This document shows, one piece after another, positions 51,118 through 59,485 of a stretch of 64,000 bases of DNA. The notes beneath the pieces were generated by a model. It saw nothing but the letters and a program-made list of their open reading frames with translations, did not search any database and had not been told where the DNA came from. The stretch's first letter is position 1. The number at the start of each line of letters is the position of its first letter. The stretch is from Spirochaetia bacterium (GTDB lineage Bacteria; Spirochaetota; Spirochaetia; SZUA-6; Bin103). The stretch lies in assembly GCA_965203515.1 (NCBI GenBank), contig OZ241907.1, positions 3,072,001 through 3,136,000 of the forward strand, given 5' to 3'. The translations under genes and the position numbers were made by a program.

Positions 51118-51666
51118 TCAGAGCGCCAGCTCGGACTCGAACTGCGCGACGGCGTGGCGCATGAAGACGAGCTTCTCCTTGGCCATGCGCGCCGACACAT
51201 CGAAGCAGAACCGCTCCGAGTGCTCCAGGCGCTCCCGCAGGAACTCCAGGACCTCTTCCATGGTCTTCAGATGGTGCCAGAAGAACGCCCCGATCGACAG
51301 GCGGGCCAGCCCGACCGCGCCGATCGTGTCGAGCAGGTTGGCGTCGTAGAGCAGCTTGGCTTCCAGCCCTTCCGGGTTCGAGCCGGGCGCGTGCTCGGCG
51401 ATCGCGTCGCACACGGCGTTGACCTTGCTCACGTCGAAGCCGACCTCGCTCAGGAGCACCCGCGCCCGGTCGGTGGCGGCTCCGGCCCCGCGCGCCGGCG
51501 TCTCGATGTTGTGCAGGAAGCAGGCAGCGTGCAGGATGTCGTCGTCGTAGTCCATGCCCTCGCCGATCTCCCGCGCAAGGTGGTAGACGCGCGCGGAGTG
51601 CTCGAAGCCGGAGGCCAGACGGCCGGCGGTCAGGTCCTTGACGTACTGCACCAGCAATTTGCGCAT
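51118..51666 (-). CDS. HD-fold protein with degenerate metal site (HN instead of HD)
   Basis: EHSARV, AACFLHNIE, AIAEH and LYDANLLDTIGAVGLAR; ATG 5 nt after TGcTACACT. Confidence 0.8.
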   Translation of the reverse strand: MRKLLVQYVKDLTAGRLASGFEHSARVYHLAREIGEGMDYDDDILHAACFLHNIETPARGAGAATDRARVLLSEVGFDVSKVNAVCDAIAEHAPGSNPEGLEAKLLYDANLLDTIGAVGLARLSIGAFFWHHLKTMEEVLEFLRERLEHSERFCFDVSARMAKEKLVFMRHAVAQFESELAL

Positions 51667-51726
51667 ACGACAGTGTAGCAATACCGCCGCCGTCATGGAT
51701 AATCACCGCTTCATGGTGACTGCTGC

Positions 51727-53610
51727 ATGGTGATGGTTCTGAGCCTCGGCATCTCCGCGTCGCGCCAGGCGGCGATACGCCGCGAGCTTGAGCGGCGCGG
51801 CTACACGGTGCGGCAGATCGAGGACGGCGAACGCACCGTGCTGGGCGCGGTCGGACCGGAGGTGGCCGATCCGCGGCCGTTCGAGTCGATGGACGGCGTC
51901 GACCAGGTGCTGCGCATCTCCAAGCCGTACAAGCTGGCCTCGCGCGAACTGCAACGCGCCGACACGGTGGTGCCGGTCGGCCCGATCCGCATCGGCGGGC
52001 AGCGCATCGCCGTGATCGCCGGTCCGTCGTCGGTGGAGAGCCGCGAACAGATCCTGGAGTGCGCGGCGCTGGTGGCCGAATCGGGCGGGGTGATGCTGCG
52101 CGGCGCGGCGTTCACCCCGTACGGCTCCCCCTATGCGTTTTCGGGGCTCGGCATGGCCGGTCTGCGCCATCTGCGCGAAGCCGGCGACCGCCACGCGCTG
52201 CCGGTCGTGTCGGACGCGGCGTCGCTCGACCATCTGGACGAGCTGGCCGAGCTGGCCGACGTGATCCAGATCGGCGCGCGCAACATGCAGAACTTCGACC
52301 TGCTGCGACGGATCGGCGGCATGGGCAAGCCGGTGCTGCTCAAGCGCGGGGTCGGCGCCACCGTGCACGATCTGTTGATGTCGGCCGAATACCTGCTGGC
52401 GAACGGCAGCGACGCCGTGATCCTGTGCGAGCGCGGCATCCGCACCTTCGAGACCGGCACGCGCCACACCCTGGACCTGTCGGCGGTGCCGGCCGTGCAG
52501 GCGCTGTCGCACCTGCCGATCATCGTCGATCCCAGCCAGGGCGCCGCCGACCGCGCCACGGTGCCGCCCATGGGGCTGGCGGCGCTGGCCGCCGGCGCGC
52601 AGGGGCTGATCGTCGAGGTCCATCCCGACCCGAAGCGCGCGCTCTCCAACGGGCCGCAGTCGCTCTACCCGGCGCAGTTCGAGAAGCTGATGCGGGACAT
52701 CGACTCGCTGGCCGGCGTGCTCGGCATGGAGGTGGCGCGGCTGCCGCTGGGAGCCCGGGTCACGGCGCGGCGGCCGCCCGGCGGCGCGGACGACGTGCCC
52801 AAGGTCGCGTTCCAGGGGGAACTGGGCGCCAACAGCGAGATCGCCATCCGCCGCTTCCTGGAGCGCGCCGAGCCGGTGCCGTGCCGGGAGTTTCGGGACG
52901 TCTTCGAGGCGGTGCTGTCGGGCGCCTGCCGCTACGGCGCTCTGCCGGTGGAGAACTCGCTGACCGGCACCATCCACCAGAACTTCGAGTTGCTGCTGCA
53001 GTTCCCCGATCTGACGATCGTCGCCGAGCGCAACATCCGCATCGTGCACAACCTGATCGGCCGGCCCGGGGCGACCATCGACGACCTTACCCGCGTCTAT
53101 TCGCACCCGCAGGGGCTGGCGCAGTGCCGGCGCTTTCTGAGCGAGCATGCCGGCTGGCAGAAGGTCTCGTTCTATGACACCGCCGGCGCGGTCGCCCATC
53201 TGGCCCGCGAAGGGAAGATGAGCGACGGCACCATCGCCAGCGAGGAGGCGGCGCGCACCTACGGGATGCGGGTGCTGCGGCAAGGGATCGAGGACAATGC
53301 GCAGAACTACACGCGGTTCCTGCTGATCGCCGCCGCCGACCACCCGCCGCTGGCGCCGGCCGACAAGGCGTCCCTGGTCTTCGCCACCCCGGACCGTCCC
53401 GGCGCCCTCTCCGAGTGCCTGACGGTATTCGCCGCCCACGACCTCAACATGACCAAGCTGGAGTCGCGGCCGATCCCGGGCCGGCCGTGGGAGTATCGCT
53501 TCTACGTCGACGTGGCGCTAGGACCCGACCGGCAGGCGCTCCACCGCGCCGAGGCCGAGCTGCGGGAACTGACCGCCAGCTACCGCATCCTGGGCGTCTA
53601 CAGCTCGTAG
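51727..53610 (+). CDS. pheA: Fusion: type I-beta DAH7P synthase-like domain (catalytic residues degenerate) plus prephenate dehydratase-ACT
   Basis: N-terminal ferredoxin-like regulatory domain, PYKLASR, IGARNMQNF.LL, LLKRG and CERGIRTFE; then VAFQGE.GANSE, PVENS, SHPQGLAQC, NYTRF and KLESRP. Confidence 0.9.
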   Translation: MVMVLSLGISASRQAAIRRELERRGYTVRQIEDGERTVLGAVGPEVADPRPFESMDGVDQVLRISKPYKLASRELQRADTVVPVGPIRIGGQRIAVIAGPSSVESREQILECAALVAESGGVMLRGAAFTPYGSPYAFSGLGMAGLRHLREAGDRHALPVVSDAASLDHLDELAELADVIQIGARNMQNFDLLRRIGGMGKPVLLKRGVGATVHDLLMSAEYLLANGSDAVILCERGIRTFETGTRHTLDLSAVPAVQALSHLPIIVDPSQGAADRATVPPMGLAALAAGAQGLIVEVHPDPKRALSNGPQSLYPAQFEKLMRDIDSLAGVLGMEVARLPLGARVTARRPPGGADDVPKVAFQGELGANSEIAIRRFLERAEPVPCREFRDVFEAVLSGACRYGALPVENSLTGTIHQNFELLLQFPDLTIVAERNIRIVHNLIGRPGATIDDLTRVYSHPQGLAQCRRFLSEHAGWQKVSFYDTAGAVAHLAREGKMSDGTIASEEAARTYGMRVLRQGIEDNAQNYTRFLLIAAADHPPLAPADKASLVFATPDRPGALSECLTVFAAHDLNMTKLESRPIPGRPWEYRFYVDVALGPDRQALHRAEAELRELTASYRILGVYSS

Positions 53611-53699
53611 GCCGCCGCGCCGTTATCCGCGGTGCGCGGCGGGTTGCGAGGCCGCATCGCGCAGCTTATGATGAAGGCGGCGTATCGGAGGTTGATTTG

Positions 53700-54062
53700 A
53701 TGACCTATGCCGAGGAGCTGATCCTGGAAGGGGAACAAAGAGGACGACAGGCAGGACTCCGCGAAGGCGAACGAGGACGGCTGGAAGAGCGGGTACGCAC
53801 CATCGAGGGTTTGATGCGGGCCGGCGTGCAGTGGCCGGTGATCGAATCGGCCACCGGCATCGACCGGGAGGCGTTGAGCGCTCTCAAACGCCGGCTCGAA
53901 GAAGCGGAGAGATCCAGGTCGCTGAGCATATCCCTCGATGAGAGCGACGCACTGGACGTTCCCGTAAACGACCTGATGGAGACGGAAAACAAGTACCGTA
54001 CACACGGACCGGGCGCGTTCAAGACCCATGAACAACTGAAGCAGGAACTGTTCGGCGACTGA
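53700..54062 (+). CDS. Small protein resembling the C-terminal tail of Rpn/YhgA-like nucleases, fused to an unrelated acidic tail
   Basis: MTYAEELILEGEQRGRQAGLREGERG...IEGLMRAGVQWPVIESATGI; own TATGAT hexamer and GGAGG SD upstream. Confidence 0.6.
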   Translation: MTYAEELILEGEQRGRQAGLREGERGRLEERVRTIEGLMRAGVQWPVIESATGIDREALSALKRRLEEAERSRSLSISLDESDALDVPVNDLMETENKYRTHGPGAFKTHEQLKQELFGD

Positions 54063-54258
54063 AATGCATCAGTCCTTGGGACGCCAAAGCCGAAAACGAC
54101 TTGGCCCTTCTCGGAAGGATTGAAAGAATCATAAGCAAGATCGACCTGATGAACGATGCGATGCCGCCGGGAGCAATCAAGCTCTCGCGAGAAACACTAA
54201 CAGAATTAGTCAAAAGGTTTCATCTCTTGGACGGGGCGTTCATGGCTCAATTTGCAAA

Positions 54259-55590
54259 GGGTCTTCAGGCTTTCGTGTGGACGAGGTGGTCACGGCCGAC
54301 ACTGGCGGGGTAGAGGTCAAGACCGCCGAGGTGAAAGTAGATGGCGTTGCGGAACCTCTGCCGGTTGCGAAAGCCGCGCGCTGCGTACTTCAACCTCTGC
54401 ACCCCCGCGTTGATCGACTCCGCCCGCGCGTTGCTCACCCCCTGCACCACCGCCGTCACGATCCCTTCCAGATGACGCTTGACCATCCGCGCTACCCGCT
54501 TGACCGGCTCCAGACGACACCGGATCGCCGACCGGTACCACGCCTGCCACGCCTTGCGCGCCCACCCGCGAGAGCGGTACTTCCACAGCGTCATCGCATG
54601 TTCCTTGTAGCCCCAGGCGCGCGCGGTCTGCAGCGCGCTGTCCCGCAAGTCAGCGAACTGCCGCCAACGCTCGGCATCCATGTGCTCGGGGTTGGTCAGC
54701 CACGCATAGCGGCTGCCCTTCAGCCGATCATCACCGCTGCCGGCCAGCCGGCGGCTCTCGGCTCGCCGTACCTGGTCAACGGCGTTGCCGAGGTGCCGGG
54801 CGACGTGGAACTTGTCGAACGCGATCTTGAGCTCCGCGTCCGGCACGTAGGCGGCGGTCGCGATGATGTACGGCTCCCACATGTCCATGGCGACCGTCTC
54901 GACGCCAGCCAACTGCTCAGGATCAAACTGCTGGTAGAACTCCTCCAACACCTCCTTGCGGCGGCCATCGGCCACGTGCACGACGTGCCCGTCCAGATCG
55001 TTGATCACCGTCACGTACTCATGGCGCTTCTGAAACGACGTCTCGTCCACGCCGATCCGCGGCGGCAGCTGCGCCGCACGCCGTTGTAAGCCGCGGTGCA
55101 CCGCGCGCTGCATCACTCCGTCGACCTCGTCCCAGCTGAGCCGCATCTGCTGCGCCACCGCCGCGATCGTGGCGTGCTGCAGCCAGTCGATCACGACCGC
55201 CTCGCACAGCGCGGTCAGCCGCGAGCGGCCTTCGCTCCACGGCACCTCGATCTGCTTGACGCCGTGCTGCCGGCACTGAGACCGCGGTACGTCGGCAGCC
55301 AGAACGGTGCGGTACTGGCAGGTGTCCAGATGGCGCCACCGCCGTTGACGGCTGTCGTAGCGGCGCGCGGCTTGGCCGCAGTGCGGGCAGGTGAGCGGTC
55401 CGCCGTGCTCGACGTGGACCACGATCTCGCCCTGCTGAAGGTTCAGTTCGACGTCGGCCACTCGCCACGGTGCCTCGACGCCCAGAATCCTGCCGTACAG
55501 TTCCTTGTCACGCATGGCGCCAGCGTAGCCTTGCTGGCGGTGCCACCGCCACCGTCAGGGCGCCCTACCCACACGAAACCCGGAAGCCCC
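54259..55590 (-). mobile_element. ISL3-family insertion sequence, 1332 bp
   Basis: 22-bp imperfect terminal IRs (GGGTCTTCAGGCTTTCGTGTGG vs GGGGCTTCCGGGTTTCGTGTGG, 19/22 match); 8-bp TSD TTTGCAAA at 54251-54258 and 55591-55598. Confidence 0.96.
54265..55515 (-). CDS. ISL3-family transposase
   Basis: CPHCG zinc finger, WRHLD, GVDETSF, VAMDMW, FDKFHV, SNARAESIN and ARGFRN. Confidence 0.95.
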   Translation of the reverse strand: MRDKELYGRILGVEAPWRVADVELNLQQGEIVVHVEHGGPLTCPHCGQAARRYDSRQRRWRHLDTCQYRTVLAADVPRSQCRQHGVKQIEVPWSEGRSRLTALCEAVVIDWLQHATIAAVAQQMRLSWDEVDGVMQRAVHRGLQRRAAQLPPRIGVDETSFQKRHEYVTVINDLDGHVVHVADGRRKEVLEEFYQQFDPEQLAGVETVAMDMWEPYIIATAAYVPDAELKIAFDKFHVARHLGNAVDQVRRAESRRLAGSGDDRLKGSRYAWLTNPEHMDAERWRQFADLRDSALQTARAWGYKEHAMTLWKYRSRGWARKAWQAWYRSAIRCRLEPVKRVARMVKRHLEGIVTAVVQGVSNARAESINAGVQRLKYAARGFRNRQRFRNAIYFHLGGLDLYPASVGRDHLVHTKA

Positions 55591-55886
55591 TTTGCAAATC
55601 GTACGTCAGGACGTAAACGACGACTCGTGGCCACGACGAGAGATCAACTGTATGACAACCCTGACTTAGACTTAGATCAGCACTCCAGAGACCTTAGCAA
55701 CGGCTGGTGGATCGGAACCAACCTCAACCAAGAGATGATCCGGAAGCACATTGCGACCGCGTGCGAAGTCATGGGGATATCTCTTGGCTCTCGTTTGACG
55801 TTGATAGAACGTTGATATGAGGATTCCTGATGGCCTTGGCGATTGCGCTTGGTGCCGACCGCGCGGTAGCTGTTGAGGAGATTTGG

Positions 55887-57005
55887 GTGAGCTATGAATC
55901 CGTCGATGCACTCCAAAGAACCCTGACCGAATCGGTCTTCCAGTACGCCGCTGACAAGAAGAAGCGGCCGGCCGCGCCTTGGGTACGCTCGTCGAGATCG
56001 TCACCTTCCATACGCTCCGCACCTGGAACCTCCGCGACAACATCGTAATCGAACGATCGGTGCCTGAGTTCGGCAATCCCGACATTGTCCATAATGTAGA
56101 ATTCGCCTTACATCCCGTGAAGACGAGGAAGACGTTGGACATAACCGGTCTTTCCTTGCCCATCACGCCTGCCAAGATCAAGCGCCATCTTTCCATCCTG
56201 TTTACGGCCGGCGTCAAAGCAACGCCGATCTTGACCACCGATTCGTTGAAGCGCAACGCTGCAGTGCTCGTGGAGAATGAAACCGGTCCTGTCATTGCGA
56301 ACATGGACTCGTTCGAAGACTCCCGCTGCACTCTCACGGTCTGCGAGCTCGTACGTAATCCATTTGGCCATCATCGAATGCAAACGGGTTGGAGTAGAGG
56401 AAGGGATGCGCAAGGGTCCGCAGACGATAGAAAAGGCAAAGCAAGGCGCGTACGTCGCACGGTCCGTGTCTTCTCTCCAAAAGCTGAGATTGCGGGACGG
56501 ACGCGTTCGCGGTGTGATCGAGACACGAGACGGTCAAGTTCGGTCCGGACTCTACCACGACATGCTTCGAGAGCTCATCGATGGGCAATCGGGTGAAGAC
56601 CTCGCCGGCTTCATTCTGACCGTCGGAGTCGTGAGCAACCACGGGAACTGGTTTACATCATCCGATAATCACAACAAGGAGCTCCGCGTGCTCGCTCAGT
56701 CATACGATTGGCTCCTGTTTCTCAAGGATGCCGGGTTGTGCCAGTTCGTGGAGACTCTTCTTATCAACCCGACACCGGAGCTCGAGCCGGCTCGCCACGC
56801 CTTTCTCGCGAGCTATTCCGGGACCTCTTCAACTAACAGGTTCACCAAAGTGCGGATGGACGCCCGCGCGGACGAGTCGCTGCAGACGTTCTTCAAGACA
56901 TACGAAAGCGACGTAAGGACTTGGTTCAACGTGATCGCACCGGCGACAGGCACGATCGATACCCTTCGGCAAGACCTGCGCAAGCTGGCTTCGAAGGACT
57001 GGTAA
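55887..57005 (+). pseudogene. Type II restriction endonuclease-like gene with two frameshifts (about 55964 and 56366)
   Basis: GAGGAG SD then GTG 55887. Three segments: SYESVDALQ..DKKK | AAGRALGTLVEIVTF...NPF | AIIECKRVGVEEG..KGPQTIEKAKQG (ExK motif); directly upstream of an MTase. Confidence 0.7.
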
Positions 57006-57015
57006 CGGGCGTCGT

Positions 57016-57672
57016 ATGTCGGCAGGACGCACGAACTCGGAAGCGCTGAGCCGACATTGGTGCACGCCTCCCAAGTACGTCGACGCGGTCAAGGAGTTCT
57101 TCGGCGGATCGATCGCGCTGGACCCGTGCTCGAATCGCCATTCCATAGTGAGCGCCCAGGTAGAGTATTCTCTGCCGGAGACCGATGGATTGGCCGCATC
57201 TTGGGATTATCCGACCGTCTTCGTGAATCCTCCTTACGGCAGAGACCGGGAACGATGCACGACGATTCGAGACTGGCTTCGAAAATGCGCCGAAGCGCAT
57301 CTGGAGCATGGCGTCGAGGTGCTCGCCCTGGTACCGGTCGCCACCAACACTCGCCACTGGAAGCAGTGGGTATTCGGAGCCGCTACGTCGGTCGCGTTCC
57401 TCTACGATACGCGCCTCCGGTTCCTGGTCGACGGCAAGGATGGCGGCAAAGGCGCTCCGATGTCGTGCGCGATGGTCTATTGGGGTCCACGGCATGAACG
57501 ATTCGAGCGAACGTTCATTCGTCATGGCGCCGTCGTCCGCCTCGAACACCTGCACGGACGGTCGATCGGCTCCGACGCGCACGCGAAGTCCGCTGAGAAC
57601 GGAGAGCGCCAGCGCCATCTGTTCGTGGCGGGCGGTCGCGCGGATCATCGTCCCGGACAGCCGTCGGGTTGA
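57016..57672 (+). CDS. N6-adenine DNA methyltransferase (phage Dam/PF05869-like), cognate of the upstream REase
   Basis: WCTP, LDPCS, DGL...W, VFVNPPY and RLRF. Confidence 0.87.
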   Translation: MSAGRTNSEALSRHWCTPPKYVDAVKEFFGGSIALDPCSNRHSIVSAQVEYSLPETDGLAASWDYPTVFVNPPYGRDRERCTTIRDWLRKCAEAHLEHGVEVLALVPVATNTRHWKQWVFGAATSVAFLYDTRLRFLVDGKDGGKGAPMSCAMVYWGPRHERFERTFIRHGAVVRLEHLHGRSIGSDAHAKSAENGERQRHLFVAGGRADHRPGQPSG

Positions 57673-57691
57673 GTGCTGGGAACGGCGAACG

Positions 57692-59380
57692 CTACATCCG
57701 TTCCAGCGGGCGCATGCCGAGCACCAGCATGCCGTTGCGGAGCGTCTGACGGGCGGCGTCGACCAGCAGCAGCCGGCCGTCGCGCAGCGGCGCGGGCGCG
57801 TCGAGCACCGGACAGGCGTGGTAGAACGCCGTGAAGGCGCGCGTCAGCCCGTACAGATAGTCGGCCACCACGTGCGGGCTGGCGTCCCGCACGGTGCGGG
57901 CGATCGCGTCCGGGAAGCCGGCGACCGCCTTGGCCAGCGCCAGCTCGGCGCCGTCGACCAGCAGGCCGAAGTCGGCGCCGCCCGGGAGCTGCCGCCCGCG
58001 GCGGCGCAGCAGCGCGCACATGCGGGCGTGGCCGTACATCAGATACGGACCGGTATCGCCCTCGAAGCCGAGCGCCTCCTCGAAGTCGAACCGCACCATC
58101 TTCTCATTGGCGACGCGCAGGATGCTGTACCGGATCGCGCTGTGCGCGACCGCTTCGGCGCGCGTGCGGTCGACCGCCTCGCCCCGCTCGGTCAGCGCCC
58201 GGCCGGCCCGCCGCACGGCTTCCGCGATGAAGTCCTCCAGGAGCACCACGTTGCCGGACCGCGTCGACATGCTGGCCTCGTCCAGGCTGACCCAGGCGTA
58301 ATGCACCGCCTCCGGGGCCGCTCCGCCCAGCAGGTCGATCGCCGCGGTGAGCTGCCGGTGGTGCAGGCGCTGGTCCTCGCCCAACACGATCAGATTGCGG
58401 TCGGCGCCGCTCTCCATCTTGTCGAGGGTGTAGGCGACGTCGCGCAGCTGGTACATGGAGGTGCCGTCGGAACGTTCGAGCACGACGACCGGATTGCGTG
58501 ACGGCAGGTCGTAGCCCTCCAGGTTGAGCACCGAACGGCCGTCCCGGTCGGTCGACAGGCGCCCGGTGGCGCGCAGACGCTCGATCACCTGCCGGGTGCG
58601 GCCGCTCCACAGGTAGTGCGACTCCTTGTCGAAGCGGTCGTGGCGGATGTCGAGCGCCTCCAGGACCGCGCGCTGCCCGGCGACGCAGACGTCGACGATG
58701 GCGTCGAAGCGGCGGCGGGCATCGGCGGCGCCCCGTTCCAGGTCGCGCAGCAGCTCGAAGGTCTGCCGTTCCAGGTCGGGATTCCGTTCCAGATCGGCGT
58801 TGGCCTGCACGTAGAGGTCGAGCACTTGCGCGAACGGCACCTGCCGGCCGCCGGCGGCGATCACCAGCAGCGCGATCTGCTTGCCGACGTCGTTGACGAA
58901 GTAGCGCACCTCCAGGTCGTAGCCCTCGAACCGTAGCAGCCGCGCCAGCACGTCGCCGATCAGCGCGTTGCGCGCCCGCCCCACGTGCGGCGACGCGTTG
59001 GGGTTGATCGAGGTGTGCTCCAGGAGCGCCGTGCGGCCGGCGCCGGTGCCGCCCGAGCCGTAGGCCGGGCCGCCCGCCCGCACGGCGCGGACCGCGCCGG
59101 CGATCAGGTCGCCCGGATCGATGAAGAAGTTGAGGTACGCGCCGTCGGCGTTCACCCGCCGAAAGGCGGCCGGCAGCTCGACGGCCGCGGCCAGCTCGGC
59201 GGCGATCCGCGCCGGCGAGCGGCGCAACGCTCTGGCCAGCGGAAAGCAGGGCACCGACAGGTCGCCCAGCGACGGGTCGGGAGGCGTGGCGACACTCAAG
59301 CCGCCGGCGTCCGCGCCGGCGTCCAGCGTCCGGAGCGCGGCGACGACGGCATCGAGCGCGATGCCGCGATAGTGCTGCAT
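57692..59380 (-). CDS. argS: Arginyl-tRNA synthetase
   Basis: GDLSVPCF.LAR, YLNF, EHTSINPNASPHVGRARN (HIGH equivalent), MSTRSGN, EGDTGPYLMYGHAR and C-terminal ERM. Confidence 0.95.
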   Translation of the reverse strand: MQHYRGIALDAVVAALRTLDAGADAGGLSVATPPDPSLGDLSVPCFPLARALRRSPARIAAELAAAVELPAAFRRVNADGAYLNFFIDPGDLIAGAVRAVRAGGPAYGSGGTGAGRTALLEHTSINPNASPHVGRARNALIGDVLARLLRFEGYDLEVRYFVNDVGKQIALLVIAAGGRQVPFAQVLDLYVQANADLERNPDLERQTFELLRDLERGAADARRRFDAIVDVCVAGQRAVLEALDIRHDRFDKESHYLWSGRTRQVIERLRATGRLSTDRDGRSVLNLEGYDLPSRNPVVVLERSDGTSMYQLRDVAYTLDKMESGADRNLIVLGEDQRLHHRQLTAAIDLLGGAAPEAVHYAWVSLDEASMSTRSGNVVLLEDFIAEAVRRAGRALTERGEAVDRTRAEAVAHSAIRYSILRVANEKMVRFDFEEALGFEGDTGPYLMYGHARMCALLRRRGRQLPGGADFGLLVDGAELALAKAVAGFPDAIARTVRDASPHVVADYLYGLTRAFTAFYHACPVLDAPAPLRDGRLLLVDAARQTLRNGMLVLGMRPLERM

Positions 59381-59485
59381 CGGCGCACGCTACGGGTACC
59401 CGTTCGATCCCGCAAGGACCCCTGCCGGCGCACGGGGCCTGCCGGCGCAAGGACCCCGCTTGCGGGCGGTGCCATAATCACGGGC

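Larger units (their letters stand above)
54101..55815 (+). pseudogene. Small (124 aa when rejoined) SeqA-C-like domain protein interrupted by ISL3
   Basis: Removing the IS and one TSD restores the frame: ...FMAQFAN-RTSGRKRRLVATTRDQLY...GWWIGTNLNQEMIRKHIATACEVMGI...*. Confidence 0.7.

Noticed and set aside
51083..51726. T-box riboswitch or pheM-type leader for pheST/pheA
   Set aside because: The intergenic gaps (35 and 60 nt) are too short; no T-box consensus or Phe-rich leader peptide seen.
55956..55970. Programmed -1 ribosomal frameshift in the REase
   Set aside because: AAGAAGAAGC is not a canonical X XXY YYZ slippery heptamer, and a second +1 shift would also be required.
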